DNA of 63,606 nt, counting the filler, from Perkinsus olseni (taxonomy: Eukaryota): NCBI GenBank assembly GCA_013115125.1. It is 7 parts of 7 records of this genome, joined end to end, with 100 filler letters (N's around TTAATTAATTAA, not from the genome) between each part and the next. Parts side by side here need not be neighbours in the genome. Positions count along the whole stretch, not along the records: positions 45,628 to 54,575 come from JABANN010000939.1; positions 54,676 to 63,606 come from JABANN010000940.1; 5 more parts are not named here. One strand, 5' to 3'. The notes below the pieces were generated by a model. It ran no database searches. It saw only the letters and a list, made by a program, of their open reading frames with translations, and had not been told where the DNA came from. This document shows positions 52,935-63,606 of this stretch, piece by piece. The position numbers and the translations under genes are program-made. Positions within the stretch are counted from its first letter, which is position 1. The number at the start of each line of letters is the position of its first letter.

Positions 52935-54575
52935 ATGTCCTATCCGAGACCACCACCTTCCATTTCCTGGTTCAGTGTTACGACGGCATTGGTCACCGTC
53001 GTGGCTTGTGGTATGACCATCATACCGATCTATGCACCCCCTACCCCTGACCCGTGGTATCTACCAATGCTAGTAATAAGGTAGCTACTTCATCTCTTCC
53101 TATCGCGCATTCCTTCTTCTTTTCAGCTCGCTGGTCCAGGCGTGGCCTTGGTTGCCTTCCTCGATCTCCGCACCTACACACTTCAGGCTATCAGTGCTGC
53201 ATTTAGCGTCTTTCTAGGGCTGGGCGCTGGTGCTTTAGTACACTACATATATGACGTCGCCAGCGGTGGTAATTACAGTCGTGTATGGGCAGCCTTAGTC
53301 CTCTACCCGTACACGATAATCCCTGCATTGGGAATGCCGGCAGCCAAGTGCAAGCTGGGTGACTTCACATTTGCTACTTTTGCTACTGCATTCCCCTACA
53401 TCCCAGTCGGCCTGTATCTCCAAAGGCCTTACGCCGAAGCATGGGTAACCGAACTCGGCGTAATTCTCGGGGCACTCAGTCCCTCGTTCGTCATGCTTAT
53501 ACTCGCCATGTTCGGCTTGATGCCATCTCCGGGGCTGCCGATGACGAAGCGGCTTCCTTTCGCGGCTGCTGATTTCTTCGATCTACTAACCGGTTACTTC
53601 ATCTGTGCTCGAGACCATAATAACGCTATCCAGGCTCAGGCTGACGACTTCAATGAAGTTTGCCATGCGGCGGCCAAGCAGAAGATACCGGCACGGTTGA
53701 GCGCTGTCTTCTGGAACATGGCCGGCGAGCTGTTCTCCCTCAAAGATTGTCTGCTCACCCAGGAGCTCGAACCCGGTATCATCGCCTACGTATGGAGGTC
53801 GTTAGCGGCCGACTTTTCGGTACTGCGTTCTGAGGTCGGTATTGTCTTACGTAAAACAGCGAGAGGAGTGCCGGAGGAAGCTGATCGAGATCTCAGTGGG
53901 AGAATAGCCAGCTGTGAGCAGCTCATGGTTGATGTCATATCGGATCTCAATCGAAGGGCAGCCGATGGATCGATATCTCCACCGAGCACGGCGGCGATAG
54001 TGCAGTTCTACTACGCTGTAGGAGCGATGCTTTACATTGCTGGTCTGGCCGAGAAGTACAGATGCACGGCTGTGGCCCACAAAGAGGAGGAAGAGAAGAA
54101 AAAACGAGAAAAGAGGGATCAGGTGATAAGGGTGGATGTGCAGCACGGGGACGGAATTCTGTCATGAAAACCGTCGCCAAGCGTACCATGACGTTGAAGA
54201 ATTTCCCTTCATAATCGCGGTCGACAAACGAGAAATGTTTTCGAGAAATCGTCATGTTTATGTGAGATTCGTTCGGGCTCATCGAAGGGCCATCAGTAGT
54301 GGTGCTCATCCGCAGTTACTGAGTCCTCGAGCTTTCCTTAACCTTCCATCATCACTTTGGAAGGGTATTCTTGCATGGATTAAGAAACCGTTCTTTTATG
54401 ATACCAAAGAGAAGTCGGATATTTTGCGGCGGTTCATCTTCCCTCTGAGATTCAGTCTAACGCTATTCGCTATAGCATTCTCGATGATCGTATGGGGTAT
54501 GTACAGCGAGAACGTCCGCCTTCACGGTTTCTGGGCGGTCATACCAGTTTATGTCAGCTTTCTACCGACAGCTGG
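52935..54575 (+). CDS. FUSC/ALMT-like membrane protein, copy B (inverted paralogue of copy A), 3'-partial
   Basis: Same exon structure as 45628-47623, with shared blocks GLPMTKRLPFAAADFFDLLTGYF and HGFWAVIPVYVSFLPTA. Confidence 0.6.
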
Positions 54576-55129
54576 NNNNNNNNNNNNNNNNNNNNNNNNN
54601 NNNNNNNNNNNNNNNNNNNTTAATTAATTAANNNNNNNNNNNNNNNNNNNNNNNNNNNNNNNNNNNNNNNNNNNNCCGACGAAGCCGCCCGCGCGACCTT
54701 AGCGGCCAGAGAGAGTGGATTAGTGGCTAGGCGTAGCGAAAAAGCGGCCGGGGCGAGCGAATTAGTGGCAGCGAAAAGTTGATGGGCCCTGAAACGCGCT
54801 TTACTATGAAGCGCATTTTCACCAGTAAGTAGCGCGCGCCCAGCAGTTCGGGACGTCCCTGTCCCTGTCAGTGATGCTCCGCTACGGCAGCAGCGCCCAA
54901 TCTCTAGTGCAGGCCTGCTGTGGTATCAGAAGGAGCTACATTGATAGTGCCCTCGCGTAAGGTGTGCTCTCAGGGTGCTGGGCACTCCAAGTTGGTGTAC
55001 TTACATGTGTAACCATGCATACTCGTGCTTCGGCCAGTCTCAGAGGTGTTGCGTTCATAGTGATAGTGGGCAGAATGAGAATCAGAGCGAACGGTGGTGG
55101 GACGGAGCTTGTTTCCTGGACGGCCCGGT

Positions 55130-58100
55130 ATGCCCCACCCAACAGACCCGGATGGTGACGGCCCCTCCTGCCAGATCTCGATTAAAGATCTGTGTGGGAT
55201 GATCAAATCCCGCGACGTTAAAGGTGACTTCCCTACGCACAATACAGCCAACCGTATCATTATTCAGGAGGCAATGCTGAGGACTCCGAAGAGGATGGCC
55301 TCGGAGGCCGAGCCATGCTGGAGCTGGAAGGGGGCATCGCCGGCCTGGCCCGGAAGGTGAGCCCTCCCCCTGGACTAGTAAGTTCAATGTCGTGGTCAGA
55401 TCGGCAGCAGCTTGAGTAACGGTGTGAGAAGCTCCCACGTGGAAGCGTTGAAGACCAAGTGGGCGCCGAAGTCGTGGCAGTGCCCCATGCCACCACCGGT
55501 CGGTCAGATACGGGGCAAATTACGTTCCCCCGCCCAAACCCAAGACATACCTGCAGTTCCTTTACGCGGCCTTCAAGGACTTCACCATCCTTATGCTATG
55601 TGGTGCGGCTATAATCAGCCTAGTACTGGCAGCAGCGTGAGTGATGCCATTGACCCCACTGTGACGAGGACGTTGGGCCCGGCAGATACGAACGGACCGC
55701 CACCGCGTACGCCGAGGGCTCGGCCATCATCATAGCCATATTGGTAGTCACCAACGTGGCGGCTATCAACGACTGGAGAAAGCAAAGGCAATTTGATAGG
55801 CTCAACAGGAAAGTTGAGGTGGGTTCTCTGCCGCAATGGCATTGAAGGTTATTGATGCCCCGCCTGATGGCCTGATGCTAGGATGTGTCTATAAGAGTCA
55901 TCCGCGACGGTGTTAAGCAGGAGATCTCGATCAACGACATTGTAAGCGCCGCGGCCGCTGCTGTATAAAGAACCTTAAGGGCTTTTCAGGTGGTCGGCGA
56001 TGTTGTCATCGTCGGTGTCGGCGATATCATCTGCGCTGACGGTGTGGTGATAGAGAGCTCGGCCCTCCATTGTGATGAGAGCTCCCTCACTGGGGAGCCC
56101 GTACTCATGGCCAAGGACCCGGACTTCTATCCATTTCTGCTGTCCGGCACTAAAGTGGGCTCATCCGCTGTCCACATGCCCGCCTCAACCAGTTGTCCTT
56201 CCGATAGGTCATGGACGGCTCGGGTATGTTCCTAGTAGTGGCCGTTGGGCCCAACTCAGAGGCAGGGAAAATCAAGGTGGGCAGGTCAGCCCGGCGAGGT
56301 CTCATCTATGTACTGCCAGTCCCTCATCAATGGCGGGATGGCCAAACCGAAGAAGTCCTCATCCGCAGACGCAACGGCCGAGGAGGACGACGAAGAGGAG
56401 CCCGGTATGTCGGGCCGCTCCGCCTTGTTAGCTGCTGAGGCATCGCTCAGAGGTGGTTACTGAGCACGAGGAGAAGAGTGTGCTCACTGCGAAGTTAGAT
56501 CGGATGGCCCTGCAGATTGGCAAGGCTGGCACCATCGTCGCCGTTCTGTGTGTCATCATAATGGCAATAAGGTGGGCGGCCATCACCCAGCCTAGAACCT
56601 AGTCAGGACCTCAGGTTTTNNNNNNNNNNNNNNNNNNNNNNNNNNNNNNNNNNNNNNNNNNNNNNNNNNNNNNNNNNNNNNNNNNNNNNNNNNNNNNNNN
56701 NNNNNNNNNNNNNNNNNCCTGTGTGTCATCATAATGGCAATAAGGTGGGCGGCCATCACCCAGCCTAGAACCTAGTCAGGACCTCAGGTTTTCTATAACG
56801 AAGTTTGTCATCACCGACAACACCGAGATTTGTCTCACTATGGAAGATGTCACGTGCTCCTCCCAGAAGGTCATCGACATTGTTGGCAACAACGTCTGTA
56901 ACGCAGCGGATCCGAACCAAAAGTGAGTTGCCCATCGAAGGCCTGCTCTATGGTCCTCTCAGATACCCCTGCTGCCAGCGACTTGATAATGATGAGATAC
57001 AACTGGTCGGCTCCCCCTGTGGGTGGATGACGCCTTTCGTCGGCCAAATGCTGCAGTTCTTCATCACAGGTGGGGAGATCTATCGTGGCGCAGCTCGGAG
57101 ATCTTCACGGCCTAGGTATTACGATCCTGGTGGTGGCTATCCCCGAAGGCCTGCCTCTCGCTGTTACACTATCCTTAGCTTTTGCGGTCACTAAAATGCA
57201 GAAAGACAATAACCTGGTAAAGGCTCGCGATGCATCGCTCCGCCTTTTATTCCATTTTCGGCGGTGCGCAGGTGAAGCATTTGGATGCCTGCGAGACTAT
57301 GGGCTCGGCCACTACTATCTGCAGTGATAAGACTGGTGCGTGTGGTACGCTCAGTCCTCCTTGCCAGTTTGCGTCGGTCTCGCCGATCGCGAAAAGATTC
57401 AATAGACTGGCCTTCGGTCTGCGCTCGATACCAGTCGAACGGGAACCTCCGTTGAAGCAGCTTTGACCAGCTATCGCTCTGCCCCTCAGGGACGCTCACC
57501 AAGAACCGGATGACAGTGGTGGAGGCCAACCTTGCTGGAGTAGAAATACAACCTGCCGATGGCCGAAACCTCAACCCACTGCCGAGCTCTGAAGTCCTTC
57601 GCCACTGCTCTTGCTGCCGTTTTTCACTGTCTCTGTGGCAGATCCAGAGCATCTTGTTGGAGGGGATTGCCCTCAATACCACAGCGGACATCAAATGGGA
57701 CCCCTTGGCCCGGGCCTACGACCAGGCAGGGTACGCAACAACGGCAGGAGGGTCAGGCTTGGTCCTTGGTCAGATCGGCAATAAGACCGAGTGCGCCTTG
57801 CTGCAGTTGGTGGAGCAGTATGGTGGGAGCTATGAAACTCTCAGAGCCCAGGCCATGGACTCGGGCCTCGGTGGCAACAAAAGTGGCCGTCAGAGGTTTC
57901 CCATTATGGAAAGGTTTCCGAGGAAGCGCTGGTTCTCACAGGTTCCTAGTACACGAGATTCCCTTCTCGTCGGCGAGGAAGAGGTCCAGTGTAGTAGTTC
58001 GCACGAAGGAAGGCAAATACAGGATGTACATGAAGGGAGCCAGCGAGATTGTGAGCCCCGTCCCACTTCTCTGCGCTGCTGGAGGTTATGGACAGATTCT

Positions 58101-60810
58101 CGACCTTTGTGGTTCGTACGAGCTGGCTGGTGGTGCAGCAGTGCCCAAGTACCTAGACAAGCGGGCACGACAGGTCATGTAAGTAGGTGCCTGCAGTGGT
58201 CGCTCGGCTTCGCTCCGCTAAACAACCTGACTTGGCGACAGGGGCGTTGATTGACCCACTGTGACCACCGCAGCATTAGGGATGTAATAGCTGCGTGCAC
58301 TGCCCAATTGCGAAACTCGCTGCTTTACATACACTGCTTCTTAAGTTGGTGCTGGTCTTCGACGAGTCGTCAAGATTTTCAGTCCATCATCGCCAGATCA
58401 TGGACGCTATCGCTGTTGCCCCTTCAGAAATACCATTATAACTTTGTACGCCCGGAAGGCTCTTCGCACGGTGGGCCTGGCGTACAGGGACTTCGATACA
58501 GAACCGGAGGGAGGCTGGGACCAGCTCCTCGGTGACGCTGATGATCGCTACCAGATCGAATCTGTAATGCGTGGACCGGTATGGTCTGCATGGACTCGTC
58601 TGTCATGCAGGACTTGGTGTTCTTGGGGGTCGTGGGTATCGAGGACCCGTTGAGGGATGAGGTCCCGGATGCTATACAGAACTGTAACAGAGCCGGAGTG
58701 GATGTCAGGATGGTCACAGGCGATAACCTAGAGACTGCGGTGAGGGGTGGGAGTTGTTCTTGGCCCCTAAGAAATGGCTAGAGATTCGGGATTTTTCTAG
58801 TATCCTTATTTTCCTATTTTATGCCGTTTCCTATTTTTCCATCATAAACGGCGGATGCAGTCTCCATCTCAAATTCGAAGGCTCAGTCTTGCCTCGATTC
58901 TGGCGGCCCGTCTGTAATCTTGGTCTGTCGTCGTCCATCAGGCGAAATAGTGGTCATCGCGTTGAAGCCATCTCGTTGTGGTTGTCAGGTCGCTATAGCC
59001 CGTGGTTGTGGCATCCTCCGCCCGGGGATAGACCTGGACAAGACAGGCGATCCCGTCCCGGGTGCGGCCATGACAGGTCCCAAGTTCCGCAAGATGGTAG
59101 CGACACAGGTCTCGCTGGGTCCTCATCCATTCTATAGGTACTACAGGAGGACGGCTGCACTATCGACCATGAGGCCTTCGATAGGGTGTGGCCTAGGCTG
59201 CGAGTGCTGGCCCGATCAAGCCCCTCCGATAAGTAGCGGATCTCGTGGTTATTGCTCGTCTCTCTACCTCTCCCTAGGTACATACTGGTCTCTGGTCTAA
59301 ACGAGAGCGAGCTTTACTCGACTGAGGCAGGGGTCAACCTCGGCATCTACCCGGACAGGCAGGTGGTTGCAGTGACCGGTGATGGCACTAACGATGCGCC
59401 CGCCCTCCGCAGGGCTGATGTTGGCTTTGCTATGGGTAACGACTCTGGGGATCTCGGCCACGGGCTAGTCGGTCGGGCCGGGTGTTTAGGTATATCGGGG
59501 ACTGCTGTAGCGAAAGATGCTGCGGATATTATCCTCATGGACGACAACTTCTCCAGTATCCTCAAGGCTTGTATGTGGGGACGGAATGTGTAAGGGTGCC
59601 GGGATCGAACCCGGGTCGTTTGTATGGCAGATTACATAGGTACGACTCGATATCCAAGTTCCTACAATTTCAACTCACTGTGAACATCTCCGCCATTACG
59701 ATGGCTTCCATCGGCGCCCTGGCGTACTCGGAATCACCGCTAAAAGCAGTGCAGGTCGGCGTCTTGGTGGCCGCCTCTGTCCCGAGCCAGCTTCAACCTC
59801 AGATGCTCTGGGTGAACCTCATCATGGACGCNNNNNNNNNNNNNNNNNNNNNNNNNNNNNNNNNNNNNNNNNNNNNNNNNNNNNNNNNNNNNNNNNNNNN
59901 NNNNNNNNNNNNNNNNNNNNNNNNNNNNNCTTTGGCCTCCCTGTCTCTGGCGACTGAGCCTCCCACGGCGTCCCTGTTAGACAGGCCGCCCTACGGCCGC
60001 AACACTTCTCTTATCAGCGGCTTCATGCTGTGGAACATGCTCGGACAGGCGACGTAAACCCCAGGCGCAGTCGTTCGCCCTATGGTGTTCCTGTCAGTTA
60101 TCAACTCATCGTCCTCAACATCATCCTCTTCGGTTGCCCTAGCATGTTCGGTATGCCGAGTGGCGCTGGGTACTTGACCGGAGCAGCTGGTGATGGTCTA
60201 TGTCTGCTTCGCCTTAGGTTGGGCCATGGCGCGGCTCCTACCGACCACTACACTATCATCTTCAACACTTTTGTGCTGATGCAGCTGACTAACCAGATCA
60301 ACGCAAGGAAGCTGTATCACCAGTGGAACCTCTTCGGGGGCATCACTCGCAGCCCTCTATTCATCGCTATCGTGTCAGTAGAGTTCGGCCTGCAGGTGAG
60401 TAGTCCAGCGTCTACTGATAGGCATGTAGCAAGGAAGAGCATCGCGCGGAAGCAGACTCATTCTGGATGTGGTCCGACCGATCAACCCGCCGCTGGCTCG
60501 CATCGCATATTTCCGAAAAGGTATGATCCTTGATTTTCGTCTTATCAGGTTCTGATAGTCCAGTTCGGCGGGGAGTGGTTCAAGACTAAGAGCCTAGACT
60601 GGTCTGAGTGGGCCATGTGTCTAGTGCTGGGCCTGGGCTCCTTCCCTATGCAGTACCTCATTATTCTGCTCGCCAGGGTAACCGCGCCATGCTGCATCGC
60701 TCCGCTGTCCTATTTCCCTCACGGTAGGCGAGTCGGCACTGCTGTAGGCGTATAAGTCCTGAGATGCCTCAGCATCATGCCAGGAAGCAGGCTGAAGGTA
60801 TGCTGATGGT
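55130..60810 (+). CDS. P-type IIB (PMCA-like) Ca2+-transporting ATPase, multi-exon, two internal gaps; ends approximate
   Basis: [54 protein letters not shown] (split by an intron), [64 protein letters not shown]. Confidence 0.95.
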
Positions 60811-62095
60811 ACGCCTGGGTAGTAGTACCAAACGCTCCTTCTCGAGGTCCCGAGCTAGATTGGGTCGGTGAGAAAGGCCTTGGGGATGATTTGGACCATT
60901 TCAAAGCAGCTTCCCATCATGAAAGTGAGGCCCCCAGTGGCATCCCTTATCAGCAGTTAATTCTGCTGCACAGTTTCTTTCGGAGAGCCGCTGTGAGGCG
61001 GTGGTCGCAGCGCTCATCCGATTGGATGATTCGTGTCTTTTATGGTATTGATAGGTCGGGCTGTTGACAGGTTTGGCTTCTGTCATCTCCCGAAGCATCG
61101 TCCAGTTCTCGTCGAAGTCTCTGGGAAGTGTTATGGGGGAAACTCCATCAGAGTCGGATCTTCAGCACACCACTCGGGGAGGGTCAGAGGAGGCCACGTG
61201 CGGCTATGCGCTCATCTCGACCACAGGTTCCGCAATAAGAGAAGGGTCGAGGCAACACACAAGATGGCTAAGGAATCGTCCACAATGGGAGCCCGAGACC
61301 GAGAGGAGTGGGATGACTCCGAATCGTGTGCAAGTTACAGTAGTGAACTGGTCTCAGGGAGTTCCTTCACGCCGCGAGGGAATATCGTCATCATGTGCGT
61401 CATCGAGGCGTACATGGCAACTCGCCGGGTCGCACTTCGACCGAGCGCACTTCAAGCGGCTCGAAAGATATTTTCTAGTGCTCGCGGCCCGCAGCAGCAG
61501 CTGGGCTATTGGTCAGTCGCCGAGCCGAGTCTTAGTGGCATGGGCTCGGAGCTGACTGGCTTAGTAGAACATGTCTTTGATAAAAAAATTCTGAGTTGCA
61601 TATTTTGTTCATCTCGCGAGAATCTCGCGCGTCGCGTCACCTATTAAAGAATAAACTCCCTGGGTGTCCAGTGGAGAGTGAAGGTAACGTGAATGCCGCT
61701 TTCGCCATTGACGACCATTTTGTACGGGTCTGCTGGCGTAGCAGCGGCTGTGATGTCTCTTTTGATTAATAGAATGATTCTTTTCGTATCACCACCACCC
61801 TGGCAACGGCATAGTTTTTGTACGACCTTTGTGTCTGCTTTGCCTCCTGCCATCACCCTCTTCCTGTTGAGTAGCCTGTTAATATGTCAATAAAGCGAAC
61901 AGGGGTAGCCTGCAGGTCGGGCTTGGGGAGGGGACTGTTGGGAAAAAGGCTTGCGGATGAGAGCGTCTTGCCAAACCCATAGGCTCCCACCGCTGTCATG
62001 TGGAGGACTCCAGTGAGGGGACGGTTCTCTCGTCTGTGGCGTTAGGGTACATCTGCCCACTCTTAGCTGTGTCTTGTGTGGCATCATAATCACCA

Positions 62096-63525
62096 TGTCT
62101 GGCTACTGGCCATATCCACATCCTCGTCAGTCGGAGCATCATCACCTCCGTGCAGACCAGCATCCTGCACAGCGAAGTCGGTATGATGGACACCAGCAGC
62201 AGCAGTCGATGCCGGTGGTATGGCGATTAGGGGAATTTGTGGTATTGATGACCTCGTTAGGTTCACTATAATAATGGCTTGGCGGACGTACACATGTGGT
62301 GGATGGTGTTCACGCAACAGCAGCAACAAACTCGATTCCATCCTCCTCATCAGATGGGCTACCATCATGGACTCCCAGCTCCGCCCTACCCGATGCTCAG
62401 CGTCCCCTCCAGCCGGTGGCCTCTCCCCGATCCCTGCATGTACGCTCGGAGACCGGGCTATGGTGATGACGATGCCCGACGACGGCGAGACCGGCACTTG
62501 GCGACGGCGGCTACGCCTCCACTCAATGACCCGATATCACCGTCCCCTTTACGACTGCCCCCCACCCAAGCCGCGGTGGTCCGCGGTCCTAAGCAGGAGG
62601 GAGGGACCCCACGTGGTGAGCATGGGCGGCATAGTTGAATCCATCGCTGTGCTTTTGGAGCCGCTCAAATGAAGGCAACGAGCGTTTCCTCAGGGAGTTC
62701 CCCGAGGCCGACACCCGCCGACCGTCAAACGATGGGGAATGGCCGTCGTCCAGCATCTCCCAGGCGAAGAATTCGGACTCCCAAGTCCTGCCCAGTTGCA
62801 CGAGTTGAACCTCCAGAAAGCAGCGCTCGACCTGGCCTGCCCCAGCATCCTAGTTGCTGGACCGTCGGCCGCTCCAGTCGGCCGCCAATTGACGAGAGCG
62901 AAACGCTCACTAATTCGATGCATAAAAGACGACGCGTCTCTCGAACGGAGTATCTTCGGCTGCCCGTCTTCTCCGAGGATGAGCGAGACGACGCTGCCAA
63001 GGGCGGCGGCCAGCAGCAGCTCGCCCGAAAAGGGTTATCGTTTACCGATATGTTGATCGAACATCGACGGAAATCCGCGGCTTCATCTTTCTTTACCCCC
63101 GAGCGGAGCGAAGCGAGACGAAAGGATAACAAGCTGCAGGCTTCTGCCTCTCGCACCCCGGCTCCGACCAGGCGACTCTCCGTTATCGAGGAGGCGGCAG
63201 AAGCGTCGGCTCGTCATACGCCCGAGAAGCAGCGGGGGGTTGGCTCGCCCACCCCGCGGGGCCTGAGGACGCAGCTGTCGTCGCCGCTGACGGATCCTCG
63301 GTCGTGGTATGACGGTGAGAGGACACCTTCATCACCGTCTTTGCCGCGGATCAACCCAGCGGACTACGGCTGTGGCGTACCGGAGGATGACACGGGGTTC
63401 ACGACGGATGTGGAACGTGGCATAGCTGGCGAAGAGGATATAGGTAACAGTAGCAGTGACGAGGATGACGAGGAGGAGGAGACCAGCGAGCGGAGCGATG
63501 AGGAGTCCAGCGGAGGCGAGGGCAG
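62096..63525 (+). CDS. Hypothetical low-complexity (Q/P/S/R-rich) protein, multi-exon, 3'-partial
   Basis: MSGYWPYPHP... exons lead to the 286-aa open frame 62669-63529, which ends at a GTGAG donor. Confidence 0.5.
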
Positions 63526-63606
63526 GTGAGGCGATTCGATCCCTGCCGACAGCAGTGTTGTTTGTGGCAGCACTTCGGAGTTCGAGATCGTTCAGCGAGG
63601 TGACGA

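Noticed and set aside
56545-56790. Direct duplication of a PMCA exon end on both sides of a gap
   Set aside because: Overlapping contig ends around a 98-N scaffold gap, not a real duplication.

Overview
Eukaryotic, intron-dense genomic DNA. Many ~40-50 nt GT-AG introns and protist-like proteins make it most consistent with a Perkinsus-like alveolate, which is an inference. The window is not one locus: it is seven ~9 kb contigs (9045, 9043, 9041, 9041, 8957, 8948, 8931 bp, i.e. size-sorted) joined by 100-nt N44-TTAATTAATTAA-N44 linkers. Recognisable genes: carnosine N-methyltransferase-like, a LAPTM-like membrane protein, an Apd1/Aim32 sucrase-ferredoxin-like protein, intronless TPI, MCM3, NAA30/MAK3, a RING protein, two inverted FUSC/ALMT-like transporter paralogues, an ion-channel S1-S4 fragment and a PMCA-type Ca2+-ATPase. 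RNA genes: tandem tRNA-Pro(AGG) and tRNA-Thr arrays and a single tRNA-Ala(AGC). Mobile DNA: an internally deleted PIF/Harbinger element, a TGT..ACA MITE with a 5-bp TSD inside the tRNA-Pro array, a foldback MITE, a hAT-like end and LTR/non-LTR debris. The most striking signal is at least ten copies of one stereotyped 22-nt scar, N1-7 / comp(N8) / revcomp(N2-7) / comp(N1) / N2-8. This is the geometry expected from hairpin-mediated excision of an 8-bp-TSD (hAT-type) transposon, and three copies are confirmed against empty homologous sites inside the window. A ~230-nt highly structured candidate ncRNA of no recognised family lies upstream of the tRNA-Pro array.
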